Shown here: piece by piece, positions 25,931 through 36,400 of the stretch
Position numbering within the stretch: the first letter of the stretch is position 1
How the letters are laid out: every line of letters begins with the position of its first letter
Assembly: GCA_048013815.1 (NCBI GenBank)
Contig: CM106585.1
Span: 7,626,001-7,690,000 of the forward strand
Length of the DNA: 64,000 nucleotides
Reading direction: 5' to 3'
Origin: Setoptus koraiensis
Taxonomy: Eukaryota > Animalia > Arthropoda
Notes under the pieces: model-generated
Told to the model about the DNA's origin: nothing
Database searches by the model: none
The model's input: only the letters and a program-made list of their open reading frames with translations
Position numbers and translations under genes: made by a program

Positions 25931-26669
25931 GAGAGAGCTGGCGATTTTGTCAACTACCGAGCCAACTATCGATTTCAAGGTTGTATGTGTGAGCTGTTCC
26001 ATCGGTCCATATTACCTATTCCTTTTCGAGAGAAAATATCGACCACACACACAAATAGACATCATCATTATCATCATTGAATGAAAGATTTGCGAACAAG
26101 TGTGCGATGATTATCTACCATTGCCCTACATGGACACCCCCTCTAAATGACCAATCCTAAACAGACTGTTTTGCCATACACTCGAACGAGATAATCGTTT
26201 CTCTGTCATGAATGACTTCAATGGTCCGAAGATCAAGTCCACCGACCCCCATTCATAGTGACCAATATAGAGACCAATAACACAGACACAATTCACTTGA
26301 GAATTATAACTGACTTATTTATTTATATATATTATCTGCTTTTCTTTATTATCCCCCTGCTCCAATCCACCACAAATTTCAACTTATACACAGGAGTCTA
26401 TGTATCGAGAATGTACGATGGTCCAGCTACGGAGTCACTGTCCGGACTTATATTTCCTGGTGATCGTATAATAGCAATTAACGACAAATCAATAGAGCAC
26501 CAACCAGATTATCCCATATCTGAAGTGAACAGACAGATAGGGAAGAGCGATAAAATATTGCTTAAATTAAAACTTTACAACATAGATCAATAAACATGAT
26601 GTTACACAACATCATCACTAGTATTACTACCATATTCTGATTACTTGTGTCGTATAAGTGTTATCTCAA
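25931..26669 (+). repeat. Direct repeat A' (second copy of the PDZ last-exon segment)
   Basis: Matches 22016-22759 from gagagagctggc to ttatctcaa. It ends 5 nt before the SYVN1 stop codon on the opposite strand. Confidence 0.95.
26394..26593 (+). pseudogene. Duplicated PDZ terminal exon (orphan or alternative last exon)
   Basis: Intact acceptor (ATACACAG|GA) and a coding sequence identical to 22479-22678. It encodes only the C-terminal half of the PDZ domain. Confidence 0.6.
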
Positions 26670-26674
26670 ATTCA

Positions 26675-28624
26675 TCAAGTAAATGGACCAGTTTGTTGTC
26701 CGCTAGTGGCAGTGGGGCCAGTTGTGGGACGAGCTACGGAACTTGTTGTCGGCGCTGTTGTCGGCGCTGTTGTCGGAGCTGTTGCTGATGCCGTTGTTGG
26801 TGCTGTTGTTGGAGCTGTTGCTGATGCTGTTGTTGGTGTTGTTGTTGGAACGCTGGTATGAGCAGTAGAGGAGGTAGTGGGAACAGGTGGAGCAGCGCTG
26901 GTAGTTGAAGTATTGATACTTATAGTCGGTGCCATAGTAGCACCATGCTGAAGGAGAAATTGGGAGAAGGCTTGCATTAGTGCAGCTGAGGCAGCGTCTG
27001 GAACGGGACAAAGTGGAGGGTTCAATCCAGGTTGCTGTGGACCTGTCGGTCTCGCATTGGTGGTATTCGATGTAGATCCACTTGATGTTGGGGTGCCGGT
27101 TGTAGAAGAAATGTTTGTTTCTGTTTTAGGTTGTCCAGACGAATCGGGTTGCTGTTGTTGCTGTTGCTGCTGCTGTTGTTGCTGCTGATGCTGTTGTGCA
27201 AGGTTTATCTGAGCTGTCTGTAACATATTTTGAACGTTCAAATGAGTCACCATGGCTTGAACAAACATCTGAGCGAAAGTTTGCATCATTATAACAGGCA
27301 TCTGATCATACATAATGATAGGATCCTGATTTGGATGAACATTGTTGTTTCCTGGGGCCGGTCTCGCAGCCCCAATATTTGGAGCCGCTGGATGAGCTCG
27401 AGGGCCAGCTCGCGGAGGCACAGCTTGTCCTTGTTGATGATTATTCTGTTCGGCGGGAGTACGTAAGATGTCCATACGACATGTGGGACAGGTCTGCTGC
27501 CTTTGGAACCACGATCTCAAGCATGACACATGGAATATGTGATTGCAAGGCAGTTTTTTAGAAGTTCCATTGCCTATCATCTCTTCGCGACAAATAATGC
27601 ATATATTATCTGAGTTGGCCAGTTCCTCTGGAGTTGCATTGGGGTATAAAGTATTCATATTCCGGATAGCTCTTCTAGACATTATAACATCACTAAATGC
27701 CTTCTTCAATGTTCGCATGCTAAGATACATGGGCCGGATAGCGAACAAAGGAAAATTGTGGAATTTGATCATGACTGCAATAAATATTATATATAATAAC
27801 ACCTTCATGATTCCCATGACTAGCTCTGTGTAAAGAAGGCACACTGCTTTCTCCTCCCAGGGGTTGTCACTAGTCAAGTCAATCCAATGCAGTACATATT
27901 TCATCAGTATGTTAAGTGTGACTACAAACAGTATTGCGTATTCAAAACCAAAGACTAAATGTACGCCAGCTCCTTTTATCAGGGTGCTATTGTAAGCAAA
28001 GTAAATGAATGTGCAATCACAAGTTGCTAGTAGACTCAATAAGGACAGTATTCTTATGTGGAATAGCACTGAGATGTTTGGGCTCCGTTCCATGAAATCT
28101 ATTCTATCATCTGCTAACCAATGGAAACATTTGAGGAATAATAGTAGTGCAAATAATCCGATAAATCTGGGACTAAGTTCGTCTCTGAACACTGTAAATG
28201 CAAGACAGGTCTCTGTTAAAGCGTACCAGCACCTCTCTATAAGATGCTCAAGTTCTGCTGCTCTCAGATTTCCAAAGAATATCTTGCGAAATAGCTTTCC
28301 TAACAATAGGATCATCACTAGAGATTGTATATAAATAATCTGGTTGGTGTGAAGACAGACACATAATAGTAGACATAGTGGACGCATGGTGATTTTGGTT
28401 AGGTGGGATAGAGAAAATTTTTAGTTAGTATCGAACATATGATAACGAAGAGAATGGTTTTATGTTTTGTTTGCAATCAATCGAATGTTACTTACAGCCA
28501 TAGAGGGATTGGATTTGGTGATATAGACCACAGATGGATAAAATTGTTTCTTCTGATAGAAGGCATTGCCAATGACGGCTGTGGTCATCAGGACCGATCC
28601 AGTTGTAATCAATGCTGCCTTCAT
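26675..28624 (-). CDS. SYVN1: E3 ubiquitin ligase synoviolin/HRD1; 2 exons, ~597 aa
   Basis: Exon 1 (28624-28496) encodes MKAALITTGSVLMTTAVIGNAFYQKKQFYPSVVYITKSNPSMA. Intron 28495-28340 has GTAAGT...CAG and a TACTAAC inside. Exon 2 (28339-26675) starts IIYIQSLV and contains FFGNLRAAELEHLIERCWYALTETCLAFTVFRDE and the RING-H2 CIICREEM...CNHIFHVSCLRSWFQRQQTCPTCR. Confidence 0.96.
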
Positions 28625-29368
28625 TGTAACAAACTATTTGATTTACCCAATAAATCGAGTAGTTAGATTATGTCTATTCAACAAATTGTTTTAATTATTT
28701 CATCTTTACTGTTGTAATCAAATGTTTTAATACAAATAAATAGATGAGTAAGGGCCGGAATCTATCTTTTCCATCTTCACTTCCCAAATTTAGTAATGCA
28801 GAATCCTCGCTCTCGCATGATTCATCATTTGTTGTCATTTATACCACGATGAAACACCCTGTAACCAGTGTGTGAAACACAATAGGAACGAATGTGTTTC
28901 TATGAAGATCCGATAGGCGCTTTGTGCTTTCTCAACTTTTAAATCAACGAAACGGTTATCATTGATGAGATGGCCTTATTGGTGTTGTCACTATACTGTT
29001 GTGGCATTCCCATTCTCTGCGCCTCTCGCGGACATTCAGTGAAATGCCTTCACTATCATTAGTAGGGCTAACCAAATCGGCGGTTATTTTCAAAAAATCT
29101 TCGTCAAGTTGACGACGTCAACCAAACCAACTTGTTACTAATTTTTACTATTTTTTCTGTGTCCCGGTGCTCTTGATATGATCCAAAATCCTAGATCGGA
29201 AATGATCCGTTTTGTAATTAATAGTTGCCACAGATAATGCCACAGATTTTACAAAACAACTCATTTCCTTTTGAAATAATGCACTTGTATTCCTTCTTCA
29301 TTAACTCTAGTTTGTGCAATAGTTTTTGTCACATCTAATCATAACAATTATTATTTCACTCGGCATAC

Positions 29369-30110
29369 CATGCTTTTTCCGAGACATCCCACCATTTCGG
29401 TTCGAGATGCGGTTGCGATACTTGTTATAGGCCGAGCATCATTACGAAAATGTGAGAAGAAGGGTGGCATCATCAGGAGAAATCGACAAAAGGCTCCTCT
29501 ATACCCTGAAAGCCAAGTGGAGAGATGCAAGGAGGCCTGAAGACCAATTAGTGAATAAAACTGCTCCGGAATATGGCTCAAAAATAATGATCATGTATGA
29601 TGAAACCTATCTCAAGAAAAGCTCGCAAGGAATGCCGATCAAATCATTTTTTAATATTGTCCCGGATTTTGACAATTCATCAGCATCATTGTTTGTACCA
29701 ACTAGCAAGTAGCCTGCAAAATGTGGCGTGTGGCAAGCGATCTCATCGGATGGCAAATGTTCTCCGTCTGTCATCAGTAATGGCTGTCAGAATGGCCAAA
29801 CTTACCTTGACAGGTGTACCAAAGGTGTTCTGCTGCCTTGGATTAGAGAGTACTTTGACATCGGAGATTGCTTGTTCTGGCCAGTCATGGATACTTACCA
29901 TTCCCTATGCTATATGGTCCCTATGCTCTTTCGAGAGCCAAACATATTCAATCTCTCAGTTTTTCATCACTCCACCGAAAAATGCCACCTAGCTGATAGA
30001 CGAAGAAATGAAGGGTGATGAGATTGAAAAGCATGTGTTAAGAATGAAGTTCCGAACACGCCCACATCAAATCTACATTTGTCGAGCCAACTTGATTCTG
30101 GAGACCCTTA
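29369..30110 (+). mobile_element. Degraded Tc1/mariner-superfamily DDE transposase remnant
   Basis: An HTH-like stretch PTISVRDAVAILVIGRASLRKCEKKGG..RQKAP is followed by a frameshift. Then come IMYDETY (first catalytic D at 29599), an in-frame TAG at 29710-29712, K*PAKCGVWQAISSDG, TYLDRCTKGVLLPWIREY and FWPV (second D lost). Further frameshifts follow. No terminal inverted repeats were found, so the boundaries are approximate. Confidence 0.75.
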
Positions 30111-30644
30111 TTGCAAGTTTTCATTTCATATTTCACTAAAAAAGACGTCGTTTAAGACCAGAATTAACCTTGTATTTCAACTCTCCCAGGTTAGAACACG
30201 GCCTCAAAATTAGAATTCCGCAAAAACGGGCGTGGCTGGTGAATGTCAAAGCGGAAACAGGAATGAGTCAGATTTCTGGATTTGCCTGAGAGAGATCTAC
30301 CTCATCATACCTTACTTTTGGAAATGGAGGACCCAACCGATAAATAAAAACACCCCGAAATGGGACTACCCCTTTGCCTATCAATTGTCACTAATGATTA
30401 ACTAGATTAACTAGCCTTTTTTTGTGAATTGAACAGAACTACATTGGGTCTACAATATAACTTACAGCATCAACAACAACACCAGCAACAATGTTATTCA
30501 TTTAGGCGCAACAAATTCAATTGGCTCACTTTTGAGGAATTGCGCCGCACAATGTGCCGTTATCTGTTCGCAATTGTATCATCATTTGGAAGACACCCTA
30601 GAGTAGATCCAACATGACCGGTCGTTGGCTTCGTTGTTGCGTGT

Positions 30645-30808
30645 GCAATGGACATTGTGTGTGTGTGTGTGTGTTTCCTTTTGGTTGGTTCGATTGAATT
30701 CGATCTATATTTCTGTGCATGGTTATGCGAAAAACTATAGCAACAACAACAACTAAAGCACAGTGTAAAATAAGAATTGAGCATAAAAATAAGTTTGTTG
30801 CGCTTTTG

Positions 30809-30839
<31 letters not shown>

Positions 30840-30959
30840 CAAGATACACACATAAATAATGGAGGAACAACAAAAAAGTTAAGTTTTATCTGCTCTGCTC
30901 TGTACAGCGCTTGTGTAGGAATGTGTATGTGAGTATGCGAGTGTGTGTGTGTGTGTGTA

Positions 30960-30997
<38 letters not shown>

Positions 30998-31065
30998 CAG
31001 ATCAAGCTTCGGCCCTCATTCCTCTGGTGCAATTATGCTGAGTGTGTGTGTGTGTGTGTGTGTGA
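30645..31065. repeat. Cluster of (GT)n microsatellites
   Basis: Several GT runs near 30655, 30810, 30940-30995 and 31042. Confidence 0.9.
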
Positions 31066-32027
31066 GTCTTTGCGTCCGTCGTAAACGAACCAGCAACACA
31101 AACAGACAGACAGACGGACATACACAACACAACACAGCTAGTGAGTGGAACATACAGACAGACACACGATGATATTACTCTGCTGCCTATTGCTGCTGCT
31201 CCTTTTAAATGCACCTTCGCTCCATAGGAATAGGTTCAGATGTTCTCTTCCCTATTCCCCCCTCGCTCTCTCACTATTTCTATTGCCATTGCCTATATTG
31301 CTCATGATGATGACGGCGATGAGAGTGTATACAGTAGTGTGTGGAGTGAGGGTATTTGTAGAAAAATCATTACCGTAGTCTCTCTCTCTCTCTCTCTATT
31401 TCTATAACAACAATTATAATATCATCTCATACACACACTTATTGTATCAATCATATCAATGTCATTAATATTGATAATCAGACAGACATATATATATATT
31501 TTAGACAAAAAGGAAATAATAATAAAATAATTATAATGAGGATTCATTAACACAATACATGGATGCTTTCATATTACTGGATTAATATTATACTATAATT
31601 TATATTATTGGATCAACAGTAACAGCAACAACAACAACAATAGCCCATCGATATTGTTACAACAACAACATCGATAGAGACACATTGAGCACATTTGGCC
31701 AACACTCTCATGAGTTATTTTTATCCGGAACAACAGCATCACTAGATAACCGGATAATTGATTACAATATATCATTATTACATAATTAGATTATTGGGTA
31801 GATTCGATCTGATTGGATCAGATTTGATTGAGTTGGATTGGATTGGATCTTCCGATTGAGTCATTATCGTAATAGATAACTCTAATTTGGAGCACACTCA
31901 AACACACGCAAACACTATTACTCTACAATTATTTCACTATTACAATATTACAACAACAATATCACAATTACATATTACACACCCACACACATCATCATTA
32001 CTATTATTTACTATTATTACCTGAATA

Positions 32028-35000
32028 TATATATATATTACTATTATCACATCACCTGATACAATATAATTGATACCTCAAAGAAAAACACAACAACCAA
32101 ACTATATATCCACACAATTTCTCAAGCCATTATTATTAATATTATACCACGGCTATTATCACACCAACTATTCCATCACAGATGCTCATAGATATTGACG
32201 AATATGATGACGAGATAATAGACAAAATGAAATGGTGCCAAACGATAGAGCATTTAGACGAGTTTAATGTCGACATTTCATCCCTTTATGAACAATCGCA
32301 CATGAGTGATCTCACCCTGATCATTGAAGGACAAGAAGTTAAAGTTAATAGAGGCATATTAGCTGTTAGGAGCGACTACTTCAACGCACTATTATACAAT
32401 GGCATGAGAGAATCGAACCTAACTAGAATTGAATTACCTAATACAAATTTAAAACCATTTAGATTATTACTTAAATATGTTTATTCTGGAAGATTAACAC
32501 TTCATGACCTATCTTCGGGTGATATTACCGATCTATTGGGTACTGCAAGAACATTTTGTTTCAACAATCTAGTCTGTGATATATCACAATACCTTAGGCT
32601 ACACATAGATCAAGAGAATATTTGGTCCATCTACAGGGCGGCTAAAATGTATGATCTCAATCAATTATTAATCTCGTGCGAGCGCTATTTTGATAAAAAC
32701 GCTGAGAGTATCCTTAAACACGAGGAATTTTTAGACCTAAACGTAGATGAGATAAAAACAATGGTTAAGCGTGACTCTTTTTATGCCCCCGAGCCTATAA
32801 TTCTCAGGGCCATATGCAGTTATTACAGTAAGAGGGCCACTGGATCTCCAGTTGTCAGAGCACAACTTCTTGAAGATTTACTCGCATCCGTGCGGCTATC
32901 ACTACTTAAATCATCAGAAATAAAAGCAATATTCTGCGAGTACAAAATACCTTTTTACGACCCGGCACAAATGGCAAGCAAAAATACTAGGGTAAGTAGT
33001 GTGGCACATCAACAAAATTTCTAATTCAAATTTAGTAACTTTTTTACTAATTCTTATCGTGATTCATTACTCTTTTCCTATTCAATAATTAATTAGCGGA
33101 GACATTCTTCTCTAAGGCAGGATGTTCCTAGTCCCAATTATAGCAATACTAGCTTTAGTAAGAGAAAAAGTCTCGGCATAAAGTCACCTAACAAGGGATC
33201 AAGTCACACAAGGACACCTTTCGCTAATTTGTCCACACTCTCTCAGGGTGATGCCACAACGATGGACTCAATAAGAGGTTATCTTATATACAATCGCAAC
33301 ATCGCAACTAGGGAATACCATGTTGAACCTCAAAAAGGTCGACAGAAGAAAGACATGATTGATTCTACCGACCGAAACTATACTGTAAGAACATGCACAA
33401 ATCATACTGTTGCATATCCAGGCCAAACAAGGAGGGAATGTATTCAAGTCGCTTTCGGACGTCCTTTCATTGTAAACAATATAAGGATGCTTTTATTGGA
33501 CGACGGTCAACGCTCATTCTCCTACATTATAGAGGTATCAACAGACTCTAGGAATTGGACTAAAATAATTGATTACTCAAACTACTGGTGCAGGTCCTGG
33601 CAACACTTATTTTTCAAAGAACGTGTCGTCAAGTATGTACGGATTACAGGTACTAGAAGTCTATACTATGGCCAAGTAGCCTCTCAGATGTTACTAGTTT
33701 ATTTTGAGTGTATGTACAACACAATTGATGCCGAAATGTATACACTTACAAGCAAAAAATGCGCTAATGCGGACGAGCTGGACGAAATAATATGTCCCAA
33801 GTCATCCGTGATCGAGGATAATTCCATCGCTATAGCTCGTTCGCCCATTAGCACAATGCGTCACTTCCGTCTTCGTGCTAAAGGTGCAGCGTCTACAAGC
33901 ACTTCATCTTCATCATCACCTCAGCAGTCTTCATCGCCGACAGCATCCTCCAATATTTGCAACGTAAGCCCTGCAAGTCCAGCTAGCCAAAATAACAATC
34001 CTAACCTCTATTATAGAACTGATTTTGCGCGTGGTAGCGCAAATTGGAGTAGTCCAAGTAAAATAACATTTCAACTTGCTCAGCCATTTAGAATTGATTC
34101 GTTCGCTTTCTGCCTCAAGCAATCTAACTGTCATCATGGTTTATCATCCTACACTGTGAGTATATCAAATGACAACGAAAATGGTCCCTGGACGATTGTC
34201 AGGGAGGTGCCAAGAATAAGCGATGAACTTATTGTGATTAAATTTGAGCCGCAAATTGTGACATTCATAAAATTGAAATCTGCAGACGTGCCTACAGCGT
34301 CTCAATTATATGTCAAACATTTTGAATGTCCCTACCGTGCAACAACTAGTAATGCAATCGTCAGTAATGGAAATAGCACTTGTAAATAACATTCAAATCA
34401 CCTCTAGGTAATATTTTCTTGAACAACCTTGTCAACCGACTCATCACTGGACTCCACACATGGACAAGCTTCACCACAGACAATCTAAGTCTTATATTTA
34501 CTTATGTATCATTGTATATAAATATATATTCATTTCTAGCTATAAAGAATTTATAATTACAATAGTAAAAAACTAAAGATTTTATCAGATCAGACTCAAT
34601 CATCAAACGAGTGGAGTTTGGAATTTATTGATGGCCAGTTGTCATTACAATGCGATAGTATCGCGATATTATCTGTTACCATTACTAATTGATTATGTGG
34701 GTTATTTGTAGGATAATTTGAACCGGAAACTTGATGTAGCTGACTTAATCGAGATAGCAAATTTGAAGATTGCTATCAGTAATCGCAAGCGCTATTGCTA
34801 ACACTTTCTACTGATAACGTTGTACTTTAGCTAGGAAAGTAGAGAAGAATTATCGAGTCACTTATGTCTAGTCAGTTAGTTGAATATATTAGCTTGCTTA
34901 TTACTTCGTATTAGGCCTATCGCTACTGAACAGATTAATTATTATAATAATTGTTTTGTACGCCTTCTCGACAGCCCGTTAATATTAACAGCTATCTGAC

Positions 35001-35051
35001 GATTATTGGTTGGGCGTAGCAGACGCTGAGTCGAGACTCGGAACATGATAT
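32028..35051 (+). repeat. Forward copy of the ~3-kb BTBD9-like cassette (partner of the inverted 22759-25848)
   Basis: Homology covers the upstream intron end, both exons, the intron and ~660 nt of 3' flank. Confidence 0.93.
32182..34389 (+). CDS. BTBD9: BTBD9-like BTB-BACK plus two discoidin/F5-8-like domains, copy 1 (probable parent); 2 exons, ~700 aa
   Basis: Exon 1 is 32182-32991 with donor AGG|GTAAGT. The intron is 32992-33096 and ends TAG|CGG, conserved in the other copy. Exon 2 is 33097-34389 and is open in frame with ORF 33229-34389. It has the same BTBD9 motifs and ends YVKHFECPY. The ATG directly follows a CACAG acceptor, implying an upstream non-coding exon. Confidence 0.85.
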
Positions 35052-36400
35052 GATTCATTTTAACTGTGTGTATTGCCTGTTCTTTCTTTTCATTAGGAAA
35101 GGTTTTATTGTGGTTGTTTATGTTTTCTTACCATGCACGTTCGAAAACACATGTTGTTGTTCTTTTAGATGTTGTTTCTGCAGATAGACAGAGCAAGCGA
35201 ATAAAGTGTTAATACTAGGATATAACACACTGCAAAGCAACAGATAAATATAACCAATCAAGTTTTGTTTGAACTGCCACAACAACCAAAATCATTGTCT
35301 TCTGAGTGATTGTTACTATCTTATAGACCAGTAGCGAATCGCAACAAACATTGTCTGACACAACAGTGTCTAAATAACTATGAATTTCGGAAGAACAAGG
35401 GAGGAGATTTTCACGGTGATTTTTTCGCTCAAGTTAAAGTTGTTGTAATAATTACAATGCATGTGATTGTAATTGTTAGATTGTTAATCACGACTTTCGA
35501 CAGATGCAATACAGGCGAACATGATGCTCACATGTACTATCCTGGTGCATGCTTGTTGGTTAACTTGATGGATATTTTCATAATAGCTTTCTACAGATAG
35601 CATTAGTATATTGTAATAATCGATAGAGTTTCGAAACTGCAACAAGATGGCCATCGGTGTCACCCAGCAGTGGGCTCTGTTCGACTCTTTGCCACTGGTT
35701 GGTTTGCATCAATTATGGGTTAGATCGATCGGGAGGCTTTTGAGAGTGTATCGCCAGTATCAGTGCCGATGTCAAGTTCAAACTTGTTGATCTATGAGCG
35801 AGAGAGTTTGCCATAAATAGTGTAGCGGTGATTACATGCAACCACCCACTCGTTCTAGACAACTAACCGACGAGCTTCAATCAGTTCCTTCTTTGCGTAA
35901 ACAGCTTGTATATTGAGTGAGACATAAATATATATGTGTGTTTAGGCTAAAAATGCTGAACGTTTTCTATTATTCATCTCTGGTGAAAGTTTGTGGGATT
36001 TTTACCTGCGATATCTCAATACGCTCGTCAAATGATTGAGAGTGTTGAGTCAGAACACTACAGTTATCATGAGTATCGTATAGTTTGCATCATGACTCTC
36101 GAAGCCATTCTCTTCAGCACTCTATCATCTGAAAAACAGCAACAGAAACAACGGCAAATCAACACAAAATGATAAACAACACAAAATCAACAAATCAACG
36201 CGCTAACCCAATCAAAGCTCCACATTCATCCACTACCTAGTGATCCAATTGAACATTCCAACGTGATCATTGATGTATTTTCCTGTCTATTTTGCATCAA
36301 TTACAACAATTGGGCCGCAAAAGAACAATATTCAAGACTGAAAGCTTCAAAATTTCACAACAACCACCTCAAGCTGTGATAAATTAAGAAACAAGCTACA

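Noticed and set aside
35640-36130. Minus-strand coding-like sequence with a donor-like CAG|GTAAAA
   Set aside because: Stops occur in every frame and I recognise no homology.
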